NCBI GenBank assembly: GCA_943788135.1
Contig: CALSPC010000010.1
Location: 7,848 to 71,847 of the forward strand
Direction of reading: 5' to 3'
Origin: an uncultured Rhodobacteraceae bacterium
GTDB lineage: Bacteria; Bacteroidota; Bacteroidia; Flavobacteriales; Flavobacteriaceae
DNA: 64,000 bases
Position 1 is the first letter of the stretch. Every line of letters starts with the position of its first letter. This document shows positions 51,401 to 59,337 of the stretch, one piece after another. The notes beneath the pieces were generated by a model. The model saw only the letters and a program-made list of their open reading frames with translations, was not told where the DNA came from and searched no databases. Made by a program: the position numbers and the translations under genes.

Positions 51401-52535
51401 TATCACTTCCAGAAATTGAAATTACAGGAATGACATTAACTTGAACTTTAACTTCAGCTCTTGGGCTTTCACATCCGTTTATTGTTTGACTCACATAGTA
51501 CAAAAATTCTCCAGGGTTTGAAGTTACTGGAGTGGGCGCTTGAGATAATGGTGCTCCACTCGTTGAAGCTAAATACCATTTTAAATCCGTTCCTGTTGCG
51601 GAAAGAGCTATTGCAACATCATCTTGACAATACGTTATTGGGCTAGAAACTGTGGGTAGTGCAGGAATAGGGTTGACTAACACAGTCTCGGAGGCTGATA
51701 AAATTGTTTCACAAGTTGAATTAGCAACTTTAATTAAGTTAAGTGTTTGATCTGATGAAGCCGTTGGGATCGTGACACTAAAAGTCCCTGAATTATTCAA
51801 CGTTACGTCTGTATCAACTCCTGAATTTAATTTATAGGTTACTACTGCATTTGGAGTTCCTGTAATTATAAATTGAGCATCTGCCCCAGAACACACAGAT
51901 CCATTTGACGTTATTGATGCTGCTGGTAATGGACTCACCTCTACTTGAACCGAAGCAGACGCAACACAGCCGTTTGAATCCTCTCCAACTACAACATAGT
52001 TTGTAGTTGCAGAAGGATCTGCCTCAAATGCCGCTACATTTGTAAAACCACTACTATCCCAATTGTATTTTAAAGCTCCACTAGCGGTTAAAATCGTTTC
52101 TTGACCTTCACATATATTAAGGTTCCCCGTAACACCTATCGTTGGTAGAGTATTGACGGTCACTGTTGATGTAGAAGATGTTACAGAACCATCATCATCC
52201 GTAACTATACATTGGTACACGCCACCATCAGTTGCCGTTGAGACTGATATATTCAAATCAGCCGCTGTTTCAGCTCCGATATCAACACCATCTTTTTGCC
52301 ATTGATAACTAATAGTTCCTGTTCCAGGTGATGCGACTACAGATAATGCTATTGCATCTCCAAGACACACATCGAGTGTTGGCACTGGCTGTGTTGATAT
52401 TACAGGAGCAACAGATATAACTGTAGTCTCAAATTGGTTTATTGTAGAGTTATTTTTAACAGCCTCATGAGTATTAGGGAATACACAAAAAGAGGATGTA
52501 AGTAATAAGAATCTTATTAAATTTATTCTGTTCAT
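48093..52535 (-). CDS. N-terminal part (~1480 codons) of the same giant adhesin
   Basis: A signal peptide follows the Met at 52535 (MNRINLIRFLLLTSSFCVF). An Ig-like module is present (YQWQKDG ... GVYQCIVTD). Repeated modules match the type associated with CHU_C-terminal-domain proteins (YCQDD ... WY ... YYVSQT-x-NGCESPR). The C-terminus continues into the fragmented zone. Confidence 0.85.
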   Translation of the reverse strand: MNRINLIRFLLLTSSFCVFPNTHEAVKNNSTINQFETTVISVAPVISTQPVPTLDVCLGDAIALSVVASPGTGTISYQWQKDGVDIGAETAADLNISVSTATDGGVYQCIVTDDDGSVTSSTSTVTVNTLPTIGVTGNLNICEGQETILTASGALKYNWDSSGFTNVAAFEADPSATTNYVVVGEDSNGCVASASVQVEVSPLPAASITSNGSVCSGADAQFIITGTPNAVVTYKLNSGVDTDVTLNNSGTFSVTIPTASSDQTLNLIKVANSTCETILSASETVLVNPIPALPTVSSPITYCQDDVAIALSATGTDLKWYLASTSGAPLSQAPTPVTSNPGEFLYYVSQTINGCESPRAEVKVQVNVIPVISISGSDTICLGESTTLTAAGAISYVWSPDGETTSSITVSPTSNTIYSVTGTDADGCSSSETLTVIVNAVPTASLSVSGPICSGEDAIFSITGSANATVVYSIDSGADQSVVLDSSGLASISETNQVSDVEMRLISVNNAECTVVLTDSETITVNPNATAPVVTSPIEYCLYETATALTAAFNTGNSLVWYDFDGTPLSSSPTPQTSNAESLTYEVSQMNAFGCESPRSQIIVIVKPLPLAPSGLASEVNLCLNEAASPLDTSGISNPRWYDAPTAGNFLGTSLTPVTTSLGTTDFYVSQTIDGCEGPRTQVDVIVNSVPSAPAVPSASVFYCKNDTATPLTATTSTSGTLNWYLVATGGVGSLTPPTIDTNAVGTNTYYVSETNNLGCESLRTAISVTIDDIPSIPTVGTVTNPSCSSPTGSVELSNLPAGNWTLTNITDGTIYSSNTSSYIVSGLIPGTYTFSVSNGTCESLETNSITINPVPVQSAPVVGTLVQPSCTTATGSVTLTDLPSTGNWTLTRISDNVSLTDSGSSRTIPGLPSGTHNYTVTNSEGCTSVASLNIVIDAQPTLPNAPIANAQSFLESDSATISDLQISSSGSPVWYNQAVSGTQYATNFPLVTGDYFAAQIDAASGCESENRTSVSVTVFPTSVGGSVSGTTTVCSGTNSTVLTLSGQAGSIIRWESSPVVDFLSGVVNITNVNTTYTVVNTTSNLYYRAVLQSGSAPEEFSTPAFVEVTPVSNGGVLTATMSTICENNDGGILNLASEVGVITQWQESIDNGASWSTISNTTNSYAVAVLTQTTLFRAEVQNGSCPPAFSNEVEVIVNPLPFVTDIPNQLKCLGDTETYGEAFTANHSYAWYTNLGGSPTVPFSTLNQITLNFDQVNTQIFTYRITNDTTGCSVEDTFEVVTDALPVAQVIPDASICEFDSINVGAPSVLGNTYSWSSIPVGFTSTSSNPLVTPTVTTTYVLTETTPNGCTETNQVVVTMQPEPVISITDGPAFDICETPSIAIQLQSTVTNYDTSTIVWSNDVGSGDFNDPNILNPTYKPSAADISTGFATLRLTVTGLGPCAQTYSDTITINIDALPIADAGPDVITCGTVPCVYRC

Positions 52536-52572
52536 CTTAAAAAAGTAAAGATTAGTCAATTGGTTTTACAAA

Positions 52573-52580
52573 CAAATATA
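52573..52580 (-). promoter_or_regulatory. Candidate -7 box (TATATTTG on minus strand) for the adhesin gene
   Basis: CAAATATA on the plus strand is TATATTTG on the minus strand, 38-45 nt upstream of the ATG at 52535. I found no clean TTG -33 element at 17-21 nt spacing. Confidence 0.35.
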
Positions 52581-52801
52581 GATAAATTGTTAATAAGTTT
52601 TTGAGTTTTGAAAGAATAATAATCAAAAAAGGTTTTGAAAAACGAATTATATTTCAAAAAAAATAGGAAAAAATCCAAAAAATTGTCGTTTCAAACCATC
52701 CTCCATATTTATGAGTTGTTATATTATATAGGCCAATTATTTTGACAAAACCATGTTTTGATTCTTAAAAGTTCTTAATTTAGCTTTAAATAAAACACCT
52801 C

Positions 52802-54235
52802 ATGAATATCTCATTTATTTTAAAATTTTTAATTCTATGTAGTCTCTCCAGCTGTACGACATCGGCATCTAAAACTCCAGGATGCCTTGTAGAGTTACAA
52901 TCAGACGCTTACAAAAACAAGTCTTTTTACCTGGCTAGTCACTTTGGAACATATCAAACACTTCTAGATACTGTGGCTGCCGACATAGATGGTCGAATTG
53001 TTTTTAAGAAAAAAGAAAAGTATTTAAGCGGAATTTACATGCTTGTGAATGACATGAAAGAAATTGAGTTTGAATTTTTAATGGACGAGACTCAACATTT
53101 TAAAATCGAACCGAATGCCGAGACCCCCTCAAAAACAATAATTTATAACTCTCCATTAAATATCGATTTTAGAAACTTTAATGTGTTTCTAAATTCACAA
53201 CAAACACAACTCCAATTACTACAATCAAATCTTGAAACAACCAAAGCGCAAAACGAGAAAGAAATTCTTCAAAAAAAGATTGAAACTGTTAATGCTAAAA
53301 TTATAGAATATAAACAAAACTATATAGCCTCAAACTCTAATACTTTAGCATTATTTTTCAAATTAACACAACCAATAGATGATTTTTCTTCACTTTCAAA
53401 AAGTGAAAAATTGAATTCAAAAAAAGACTCTATATCGTATTTAAAAACGCATTATTTTGATGGCCTTGATTTTAATGACCCTCGCCTACTTAGAAATCCG
53501 TTTTTAGAATCAAAAATTTCAACTTATTTTGATGTTTTTGTGCCTAATACTGTGGACGCAATCACAAAAGAAATCACAGTACTATTAGACGAAGCCAACA
53601 CCCCTGAAAGCGAAATGTTTAAATACATGAGCTTGCGTTTTATGGACCTTTATGGCACGCCTAAAAAAATGGGACACGATCGCATATTTTTAAATTTATA
53701 TACTAGGTATTTTAAATCCAAAACGTATGCATGGCTTCCCTTAGCTCAACAAGAATTTTTTAACTCAAAAGCACGGCGTTTAGAGCACAATCAAATAGGA
53801 TCCAAAGCAAAAGAATTGTTTATGAACACAATGGACGGAAAACCGTTTTATCTTAATGACCTAAAGGCCGACTATATTGTACTTGTTTTTTGGGACCCAA
53901 CTTGCGGACATTGTCAGACCGAAATCCCAAGGATAAACCAGCTGTATACTACAGAATGGAAAACCTTTGACCTTTCTATTTATGCTGTAAACATGAATTC
54001 TGAAGTTGGTGAGGCGTGGGAGAAATTCATTTCAACACATGGACTTAATTCATGGAATCATGTCGCTCCAGCTAAGGAAGTGAGTGGAAATTATTCACAA
54101 AAAGATGTGGATTATCAAACATTGTATAACGTTGAACAAACACCCGAATTTTATCTCTTAGATAAAAATAAAACGATTATCGCTAAAGATATAGATCCAG
54201 CAGATTATCTAAAAGTAATCGAAAGGCAATACTAA
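52802..54235 (+). CDS. Thioredoxin-fold lipoprotein with CGHC active site
   Basis: A lipoprotein signal (LILCSLSSC), an N-terminal ~330-aa domain of unknown role and a C-terminal TlpA/thioredoxin-like domain (VFWDPTCGHCQTEIP) are present. Confidence 0.7.
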   Translation: MNISFILKFLILCSLSSCTTSASKTPGCLVELQSDAYKNKSFYLASHFGTYQTLLDTVAADIDGRIVFKKKEKYLSGIYMLVNDMKEIEFEFLMDETQHFKIEPNAETPSKTIIYNSPLNIDFRNFNVFLNSQQTQLQLLQSNLETTKAQNEKEILQKKIETVNAKIIEYKQNYIASNSNTLALFFKLTQPIDDFSSLSKSEKLNSKKDSISYLKTHYFDGLDFNDPRLLRNPFLESKISTYFDVFVPNTVDAITKEITVLLDEANTPESEMFKYMSLRFMDLYGTPKKMGHDRIFLNLYTRYFKSKTYAWLPLAQQEFFNSKARRLEHNQIGSKAKELFMNTMDGKPFYLNDLKADYIVLVFWDPTCGHCQTEIPRINQLYTTEWKTFDLSIYAVNMNSEVGEAWEKFISTHGLNSWNHVAPAKEVSGNYSQKDVDYQTLYNVEQTPEFYLLDKNKTIIAKDIDPADYLKVIERQY

Positions 54236-54284
54236 AATGTTATTATAGCTAGAACAGCTGCTGTTTGATAACATCAAACATCTA

Positions 54285-54617
54285 TTATTCTAACATATAT
54301 ATTTTAGTTTTATTTACCCAGCCTGCTTGATTTTGATAGTCCACAAAGAAAATTTTTAGATCGGCCTGGTTGACATAATCAACAAAAAAGACTTTTGCAT
54401 CTGCCTGATTTGAATAGTCTGAAAAAAACCAAAGTCCTTTATTGTCTTGAGCTTGATTACTGTAATCTACCCTGTAAACATGTAAATCCGCTTGATTAGA
54501 ATAGTCTACAACAAAGACTTTTAAATCCGCTTGGTTTTGGTATTGTACTGAAAATATCTTTTGAGCAACCACCTGTGAACTTCCGATAAAAGACAGGATA
54601 AGAAGTAAGTTTTTCAT
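54285..54617 (-). CDS. Small secreted repeat protein (six ~13-aa Y-x-NQA units)
   Basis: A signal peptide (MKNLLLILSFIGSSQVVAQ) is followed by FSVQYQNQADLKVF, VVDYSNQADLHVY, RVDYSNQAQDNKGLWF, FSDYSNQADAKVF, FVDYVNQADLKIF and FVDYQNQAGW. Confidence 0.7.
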   Translation of the reverse strand: MKNLLLILSFIGSSQVVAQKIFSVQYQNQADLKVFVVDYSNQADLHVYRVDYSNQAQDNKGLWFFSDYSNQADAKVFFVDYVNQADLKIFFVDYQNQAGWVNKTKIYMLE

Positions 54618-54630
54618 ATATCAAACTAAT

Positions 54631-55704
54631 TTAATTCACCAAAAACTTAAAGAGGTTGGATTGCGTTCCCTTGGTTACAGATACTAAATAAAGCCCTTTT
54701 GAAAACCGAGAAACATCAATAGAATTGCCGTCTAATGTAACATGTAATTTTTGTCCAAGCTGATTAAAAACCTCAACAGAATCTGAAGACAACTGCATCC
54801 CTTCAATATATATAAAATCATTGGTAATCGTTGGATGAATAAATACCTCTTGATATTCCGAATAAGAAGTAGAAAGCACACCCCATCTGTCTTCAGCATC
54901 AGGCCCATTCCAAATTAGGGTTGCCAAATAAGGATTGTCAATAAACGGATTTCGATTGTTTTGGTAAGATGCAATAACATTATTTCTATTGATTTCAAAC
55001 TCTGAAACGGGATCTTGTTCATTCCACTCTAAGAATATATTTGGCATATCTGAATTGTCGGAATATGATGTACTACCAACTCCAATGTTTGTGGGCTCAC
55101 ATTGGGTGGGATAGCGCAAATACATATACATCATAATTCGGGCTACATCGCCTTTAAATTCATCACCTGGATAGAAATCCCCATCCAAAAAAGAGTCCCC
55201 ACTACCATCTTTGAAAAGATTATTATTTCGGGTAGAATTCATCTGACAATCTGCTGCTCTCAAATTGTGAACATCAGTGCCTGGTCCTGCTGAGCTTGTT
55301 TCTAAACTAGGATTTGCTAAATTCTTAGCAAACACATGTTCTCTGTTCCAATACCCTATACAAAAACCGCTACTCTGATCCGCAATTGGACGAGTACGGT
55401 CATTTTTAGTAACACCATCAGAGTCATTATAGCCATAAATTAAAACCACATTGCCTTGAACATCTACATCAGCATCACTTTCATGAATAACATCCCATGT
55501 ATCAGTTGAACTGGAAGTATAGGGAATTAAATTGGTGTGTGTGTCACTGATTAATGTCGAAAGTTCACTTTTAAGTGCATCCCCTTGTTTTGTGAAATCA
55601 ATATCAATATAATAGTCAGGTATCTGAGCAGATAAAACACATGAGAACAACAAAAACGCATAAAGTATTGCACTTGACAACTTCGTAGTAGAAGTAATTT
55701 TCAT
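54631..55704 (-). CDS. Extracellular endonuclease I family nuclease with T9SS type-A C-terminal sorting domain
   Basis: It has a signal peptide, endonuclease-I-like motifs (WNREHVFAK, DVHNLRAADCQMNSTRNNNLF, RNPFIDNP) and a C-terminal ~80-aa Por-secretion tail (FIYIEG ... VFNQLGQKL ... LSKGLYLVSV). Confidence 0.75.
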   Translation of the reverse strand: MKITSTTKLSSAILYAFLLFSCVLSAQIPDYYIDIDFTKQGDALKSELSTLISDTHTNLIPYTSSSTDTWDVIHESDADVDVQGNVVLIYGYNDSDGVTKNDRTRPIADQSSGFCIGYWNREHVFAKNLANPSLETSSAGPGTDVHNLRAADCQMNSTRNNNLFKDGSGDSFLDGDFYPGDEFKGDVARIMMYMYLRYPTQCEPTNIGVGSTSYSDNSDMPNIFLEWNEQDPVSEFEINRNNVIASYQNNRNPFIDNPYLATLIWNGPDAEDRWGVLSTSYSEYQEVFIHPTITNDFIYIEGMQLSSDSVEVFNQLGQKLHVTLDGNSIDVSRFSKGLYLVSVTKGTQSNLFKFLVN

Positions 55705-55805
55705 AAAAATATAATTGGTTAATTTAATGCTAATTTACAATTAATATTCAATGTAATCTAAAAAATGTAAGCAGCGATAAGGATACTTTTTTAATATAAA
55801 GTTAT

Positions 55806-56712
55806 ATGTTTGCAAAAAAAGAACAAATGACCTTACTTTTAATGGCCGCAGGAAGTGGAAGCCGCTATGGAAAACTAAAGCAATTTGATGATTTAGGTCC
55901 TGCAGAGGAATTTTTGATGGAATTTAGCATTTACGATGCTCTCAAAAATAACTTTAACCACATTGTCGTTATTACTAAAGCTGCTAACAAATCGTTTTTG
56001 GAATCACACCTTTCAGAACGCCTTCCTAGCACAGTCAAATTGGATGTTTTAGTTCAAGATATTAAAGACATTCCCGAAACTATTACGCTAGACACTCAAC
56101 GCGAAAAACCCTGGGGCACTGCTCATGCGGTTTGGACAGCCAGAAATGTTATCAAAGGGAATTTTGTGATCATAAATGCCGATGATTATTATGGGCAAAA
56201 TGCATTTAAAGGGGCCGCTAGTTTTATTGAAAATAATGCAAACCCTAATGCTTTTGCATTAGTAGCCTACAACCTTAAAAATACTTTATCAAAATTTGGA
56301 TCGGTATCAAGAGGAGTTTGCGAAGTAGAAAACCATAAGTTGACTTCAATCATAGAGCGCACTAAAATTTCTAGAACAAGGATCTCAAATCATCGATGAA
56401 GATTCTGGAGTAATTCTTGCCCCGGACACAGCGGTTTCTATGAATTTTTGGATTTGTAATGCGTCGATATTCAAATATATCGAAACGTATTTTGCCACGT
56501 TTTTGGAACATCCAGAAAATCTCGAAAAAAGTGAAATTTACCTGCCCTTTGTAACCCAAGAAATGATGGAAAACGGACACATTACTGTTGAAGTCATTGA
56601 TGCGCAAAGCACTTGGTTTGGAGTTACTTATTATGACGATAAAAAAGAAGCTGTTAGCACCTTAGCAGACCTCACCAAAAACGGTGCTTATCCAACGCCT
56701 TTATGGCGCTAA
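55806..56712 (+). pseudogene. Sugar-phosphate nucleotidyltransferase-family gene split by one frameshift near 56375-56385
   Basis: The N-terminal ORF carries the G-x-G-x-R loop (LLMAAGSGSRYG). After ...ERTKISR the product continues in another frame (GSQIIDEDSGVILAPDTAVSMNFWICN...), which joins ORF 56440-56712. Confidence 0.75.
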
Positions 56713-56717
56713 GCGAA

Positions 56718-57110
56718 TTAGTTTTTGGTTTCTAAACTGCGCTGTTTCCATTGGGCAAAACCTCCATCTAAATCATAGACTTTGACAAAGCCACTAGCAA
56801 TGAGCTTGGTTGCACACTTAGCACTTCGACTGCCACGTTGGCAATATATGATTATGGGCTTTGAGCTGTCTAAACTCTGAATATTAATCTCAAATTTAGG
56901 ATCTAAAAAATCAATGTTTTGAGCATTAGGAATGTGACCATTTTTATACTCTGCTGGTGTTCTAACATCTACTAATTGTATTCCATCTTGATTAGAAATC
57001 TCTTGCAGTTCTTCGACAGTAATCAACTCCAATGAATTTGAAATTTTCGTTTGACAATTCAAAAGTACTAAGGACCCAACTAAAAAAAATATTGAGCTTA
57101 AAAACTTCAT
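56718..57110 (-). CDS. Rhodanese-domain lipoprotein
   Basis: A lipoprotein signal (LVLLNC) follows the Met at 57110, and the rhodanese active-site loop is CQRGSRS. Its ATG overlaps the upstream stop (ATGA). Confidence 0.75.
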   Translation of the reverse strand: MKFLSSIFFLVGSLVLLNCQTKISNSLELITVEELQEISNQDGIQLVDVRTPAEYKNGHIPNAQNIDFLDPKFEINIQSLDSSKPIIIYCQRGSRSAKCATKLIASGFVKVYDLDGGFAQWKQRSLETKN

Positions 57111-57430
57111 TTCTCTTCTGGAATTATAGTAGCGCCGTTCCATTCATTGAACCCTCCTAAAAGATTGTAGGCATGCTCGAAACCCATTTGTTTCATAATT
57201 GAACAAGCTTGACCACTTCGTGCTCCTGATCTGCAGTAAACATAATACGTATTTGTTTTATCCAGTTTTTCAAGTGCTGAAATAAAACCCTGCCCTTGAT
57301 GAATGTCTAAATGTTTGGCTTCTGGAATCATTCCTTCCTCGACTTCTGCATCGGTACGCACGTCTAAAATTATTGATGTTGAATCGGACTCTAATTGTGA
57401 AGCCCATTCCTGTTGTGTTAAATCTGACAT
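57107..57430 (-). CDS. Single-domain rhodanese (no signal peptide)
   Basis: The 107-aa protein has the active-site loop CRSGARS. Confidence 0.78.
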   Translation of the reverse strand: MSDLTQQEWASQLESDSTSIILDVRTDAEVEEGMIPEAKHLDIHQGQGFISALEKLDKTNTYYVYCRSGARSGQACSIMKQMGFEHAYNLLGGFNEWNGATIIPEEK

Positions 57431-57473
57431 AATATCTAAAAAAAGTTAAATTAATTAATATTTAAGTAGCGCT

Positions 57474-58076
57474 CTATACTTTGATAGAACACCCAATTGC
57501 TTTTGTTTTAGTGACCTTTACAGGAGTTCCTGATAAAAGGGCATCCACAGCATTTTCGACATATTTAGTTTTCACTAAAGTGGCGTCTTTATAATTATCA
57601 TCAATTGCCCCAATGTATTGAACAACTGGACCTTTGGCCGTCGATTCTAAAACATAAACATGAGGTGTTTTGGTCGCGCCATATTGAGGATATATGGATT
57701 GATCGGCATCCATTACATATGGAAATGTAAAGCCTTTTTCTTTGGCACGTTGTTGCATCGCCTCCATAGAATCCCCTGGTTTTGTACGGACATTATTAGG
57801 CATAATAGCGATAACGGGATAGCCTTTTTTAGCATACTTTTTGTTTAGAGCTTCGATACGATCTTCATAGGCCACTGCATACGGGCATGTGTTACAAGTG
57901 AAAACCACTATAAAGCCTTTAGCGTCTTTGTAATCTGAAAGAGAGACCGTGTTTCCGTCTATATTTTTGAGTTTAAAATCGGTGGCGATATCACCAATTT
58001 CATAACCGTTATCGGAAATAATAGGAGTAAATGCTACAGTGGTAAGTAGTACAAGCAAGGAAAGCATAGTTTTCAT
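57474..58076 (-). CDS. Secreted thioredoxin-fold (redoxin/AhpC-TSA-like) protein, CNTC motif
   Basis: It has a signal peptide and FTCNTCPY within a thioredoxin-like fold pattern. Confidence 0.7.
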   Translation of the reverse strand: MKTMLSLLVLLTTVAFTPIISDNGYEIGDIATDFKLKNIDGNTVSLSDYKDAKGFIVVFTCNTCPYAVAYEDRIEALNKKYAKKGYPVIAIMPNNVRTKPGDSMEAMQQRAKEKGFTFPYVMDADQSIYPQYGATKTPHVYVLESTAKGPVVQYIGAIDDNYKDATLVKTKYVENAVDALLSGTPVKVTKTKAIGCSIKV

Positions 58077-58096
58077 AATAATTTGTTTTAGGGGTT

Positions 58097-58576
58097 TTAA
58101 AAAAATGTTTGAAGTTCTGTTTCTAATTCTTTGTAGCTAAAAGTTTGGTTATAAAACAAACGTTTTGAGGCGTTGTATATAACTGTAATTGGAATGGCAC
58201 CATCCCATTGAGGATCAATTTTTGGAATCCAAGAGTTCATATCCGGATCGTCTAACACTACAATTTTTGATTGTAATTGATACTTTTGAATAAATGGCTT
58301 TAGTTTACTTTCGTACTGATGCGGAAAATCTAAGCTGACTAGAATAACCTCTATTTCCTCTTTGTATTTTTCTTGAAGCGCTTCAAAATGAGGAAGTTCT
58401 TTGACGCATGGCGCGCACCAAGTTGCCCAAAAATTCACCACATAAGTTTTGTCGCCCTCAAGATTTAAATACGGCTCAATCCCTGAAAAATCATGGATTT
58501 CTAAAGCAATAGACTTGTTGTTTTCAGGCTTACATGAAAAGTTCAAAAAAAATAGAATTATTAGGACATATCTCAT
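58097..58576 (-). CDS. TlpA-like thiol:disulfide oxidoreductase lipoprotein
   Basis: It has a lipoprotein signal (FLNFSC) and the active site FWATWCAPC. Confidence 0.78.
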   Translation of the reverse strand: MRYVLIILFFLNFSCKPENNKSIALEIHDFSGIEPYLNLEGDKTYVVNFWATWCAPCVKELPHFEALQEKYKEEIEVILVSLDFPHQYESKLKPFIQKYQLQSKIVVLDDPDMNSWIPKIDPQWDGAIPITVIYNASKRLFYNQTFSYKELETELQTFF

Positions 58577-58704
58577 ACTACAAAGTTAAGAAAACTACCA
58601 AACGATCTTTAAAGTTTTAACATAAAATTACAAGCCGTAAATTGTCCCTGCAATTAAAAATTGATTTAATTTGCATTTGGATTTAATACCTAATAATAAA
58701 AAAA

Positions 58705-59271
58705 ATGAAAACGATTATCTTAAAATCAGCTGCAGTTTTATTACTAATAATATCTGTAGCATTTACAACCACAGAAACTAAAATTGTGGACATCACAAAA
58801 AGTAGTATTCAGTGGGTTGGTCATAAAGTAACTGGACAACACGAAGGTACAATCACGCTTCAAGAAGGTACACTTGAATTTAATGCAAATCAACTTACAG
58901 GTGGTAATTTTGTAATGGACATGACGACGATCAACACAACTGATCTGCAGGGTGAATACAAAAACAAATTAGATGGGCATTTAAAAGCAGACGATTTTTT
59001 TGGTGTCGAGACCTATAAAACAGCTTCTTTGATATTTACATCAGTGACCAAAAATGGAGAAACCTACAGCGTTACAGGCGATCTTACAATAAAAAACATC
59101 ACAAATGAAATCACTTTTGAGCTCGCCGTTGCAGAAAACACAGCTTCAACAACATTTCAAGTCGATCGTACAAAATATGGTATCAAATACGGATCTGCTA
59201 GTTTTTTTGATGGATTAAAGGATAAAGCGATATATAATGAGTTTGATTTAACGGTTTCTTTAAAATTTTAA
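58705..59271 (+). CDS. YceI-family periplasmic protein
   Basis: The 188-aa protein has a signal peptide and YceI-like beta-barrel motifs (IQWVGHKVTGQHEGT, DMTTINT, LTIKNITNEITF). Confidence 0.72.
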   Translation: MKTIILKSAAVLLLIISVAFTTTETKIVDITKSSIQWVGHKVTGQHEGTITLQEGTLEFNANQLTGGNFVMDMTTINTTDLQGEYKNKLDGHLKADDFFGVETYKTASLIFTSVTKNGETYSVTGDLTIKNITNEITFELAVAENTASTTFQVDRTKYGIKYGSASFFDGLKDKAIYNEFDLTVSLKF

Positions 59272-59289
59272 AAAACTTTTAAATTAATT

Positions 59290-59319
59290 TTGCATTCAGA
59301 AAAATCGTTCCTACATTTG
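59290..59319 (+). promoter_or_regulatory. Bacteroidota-type promoter of the trp operon
   Basis: TTG (59290-59292), a 19-nt spacer, then TACATTTG (59312-59319), ~19 nt upstream of the leader ATG. Confidence 0.5.
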
Positions 59320-59337
59320 AAATGTTAATACTTAATT

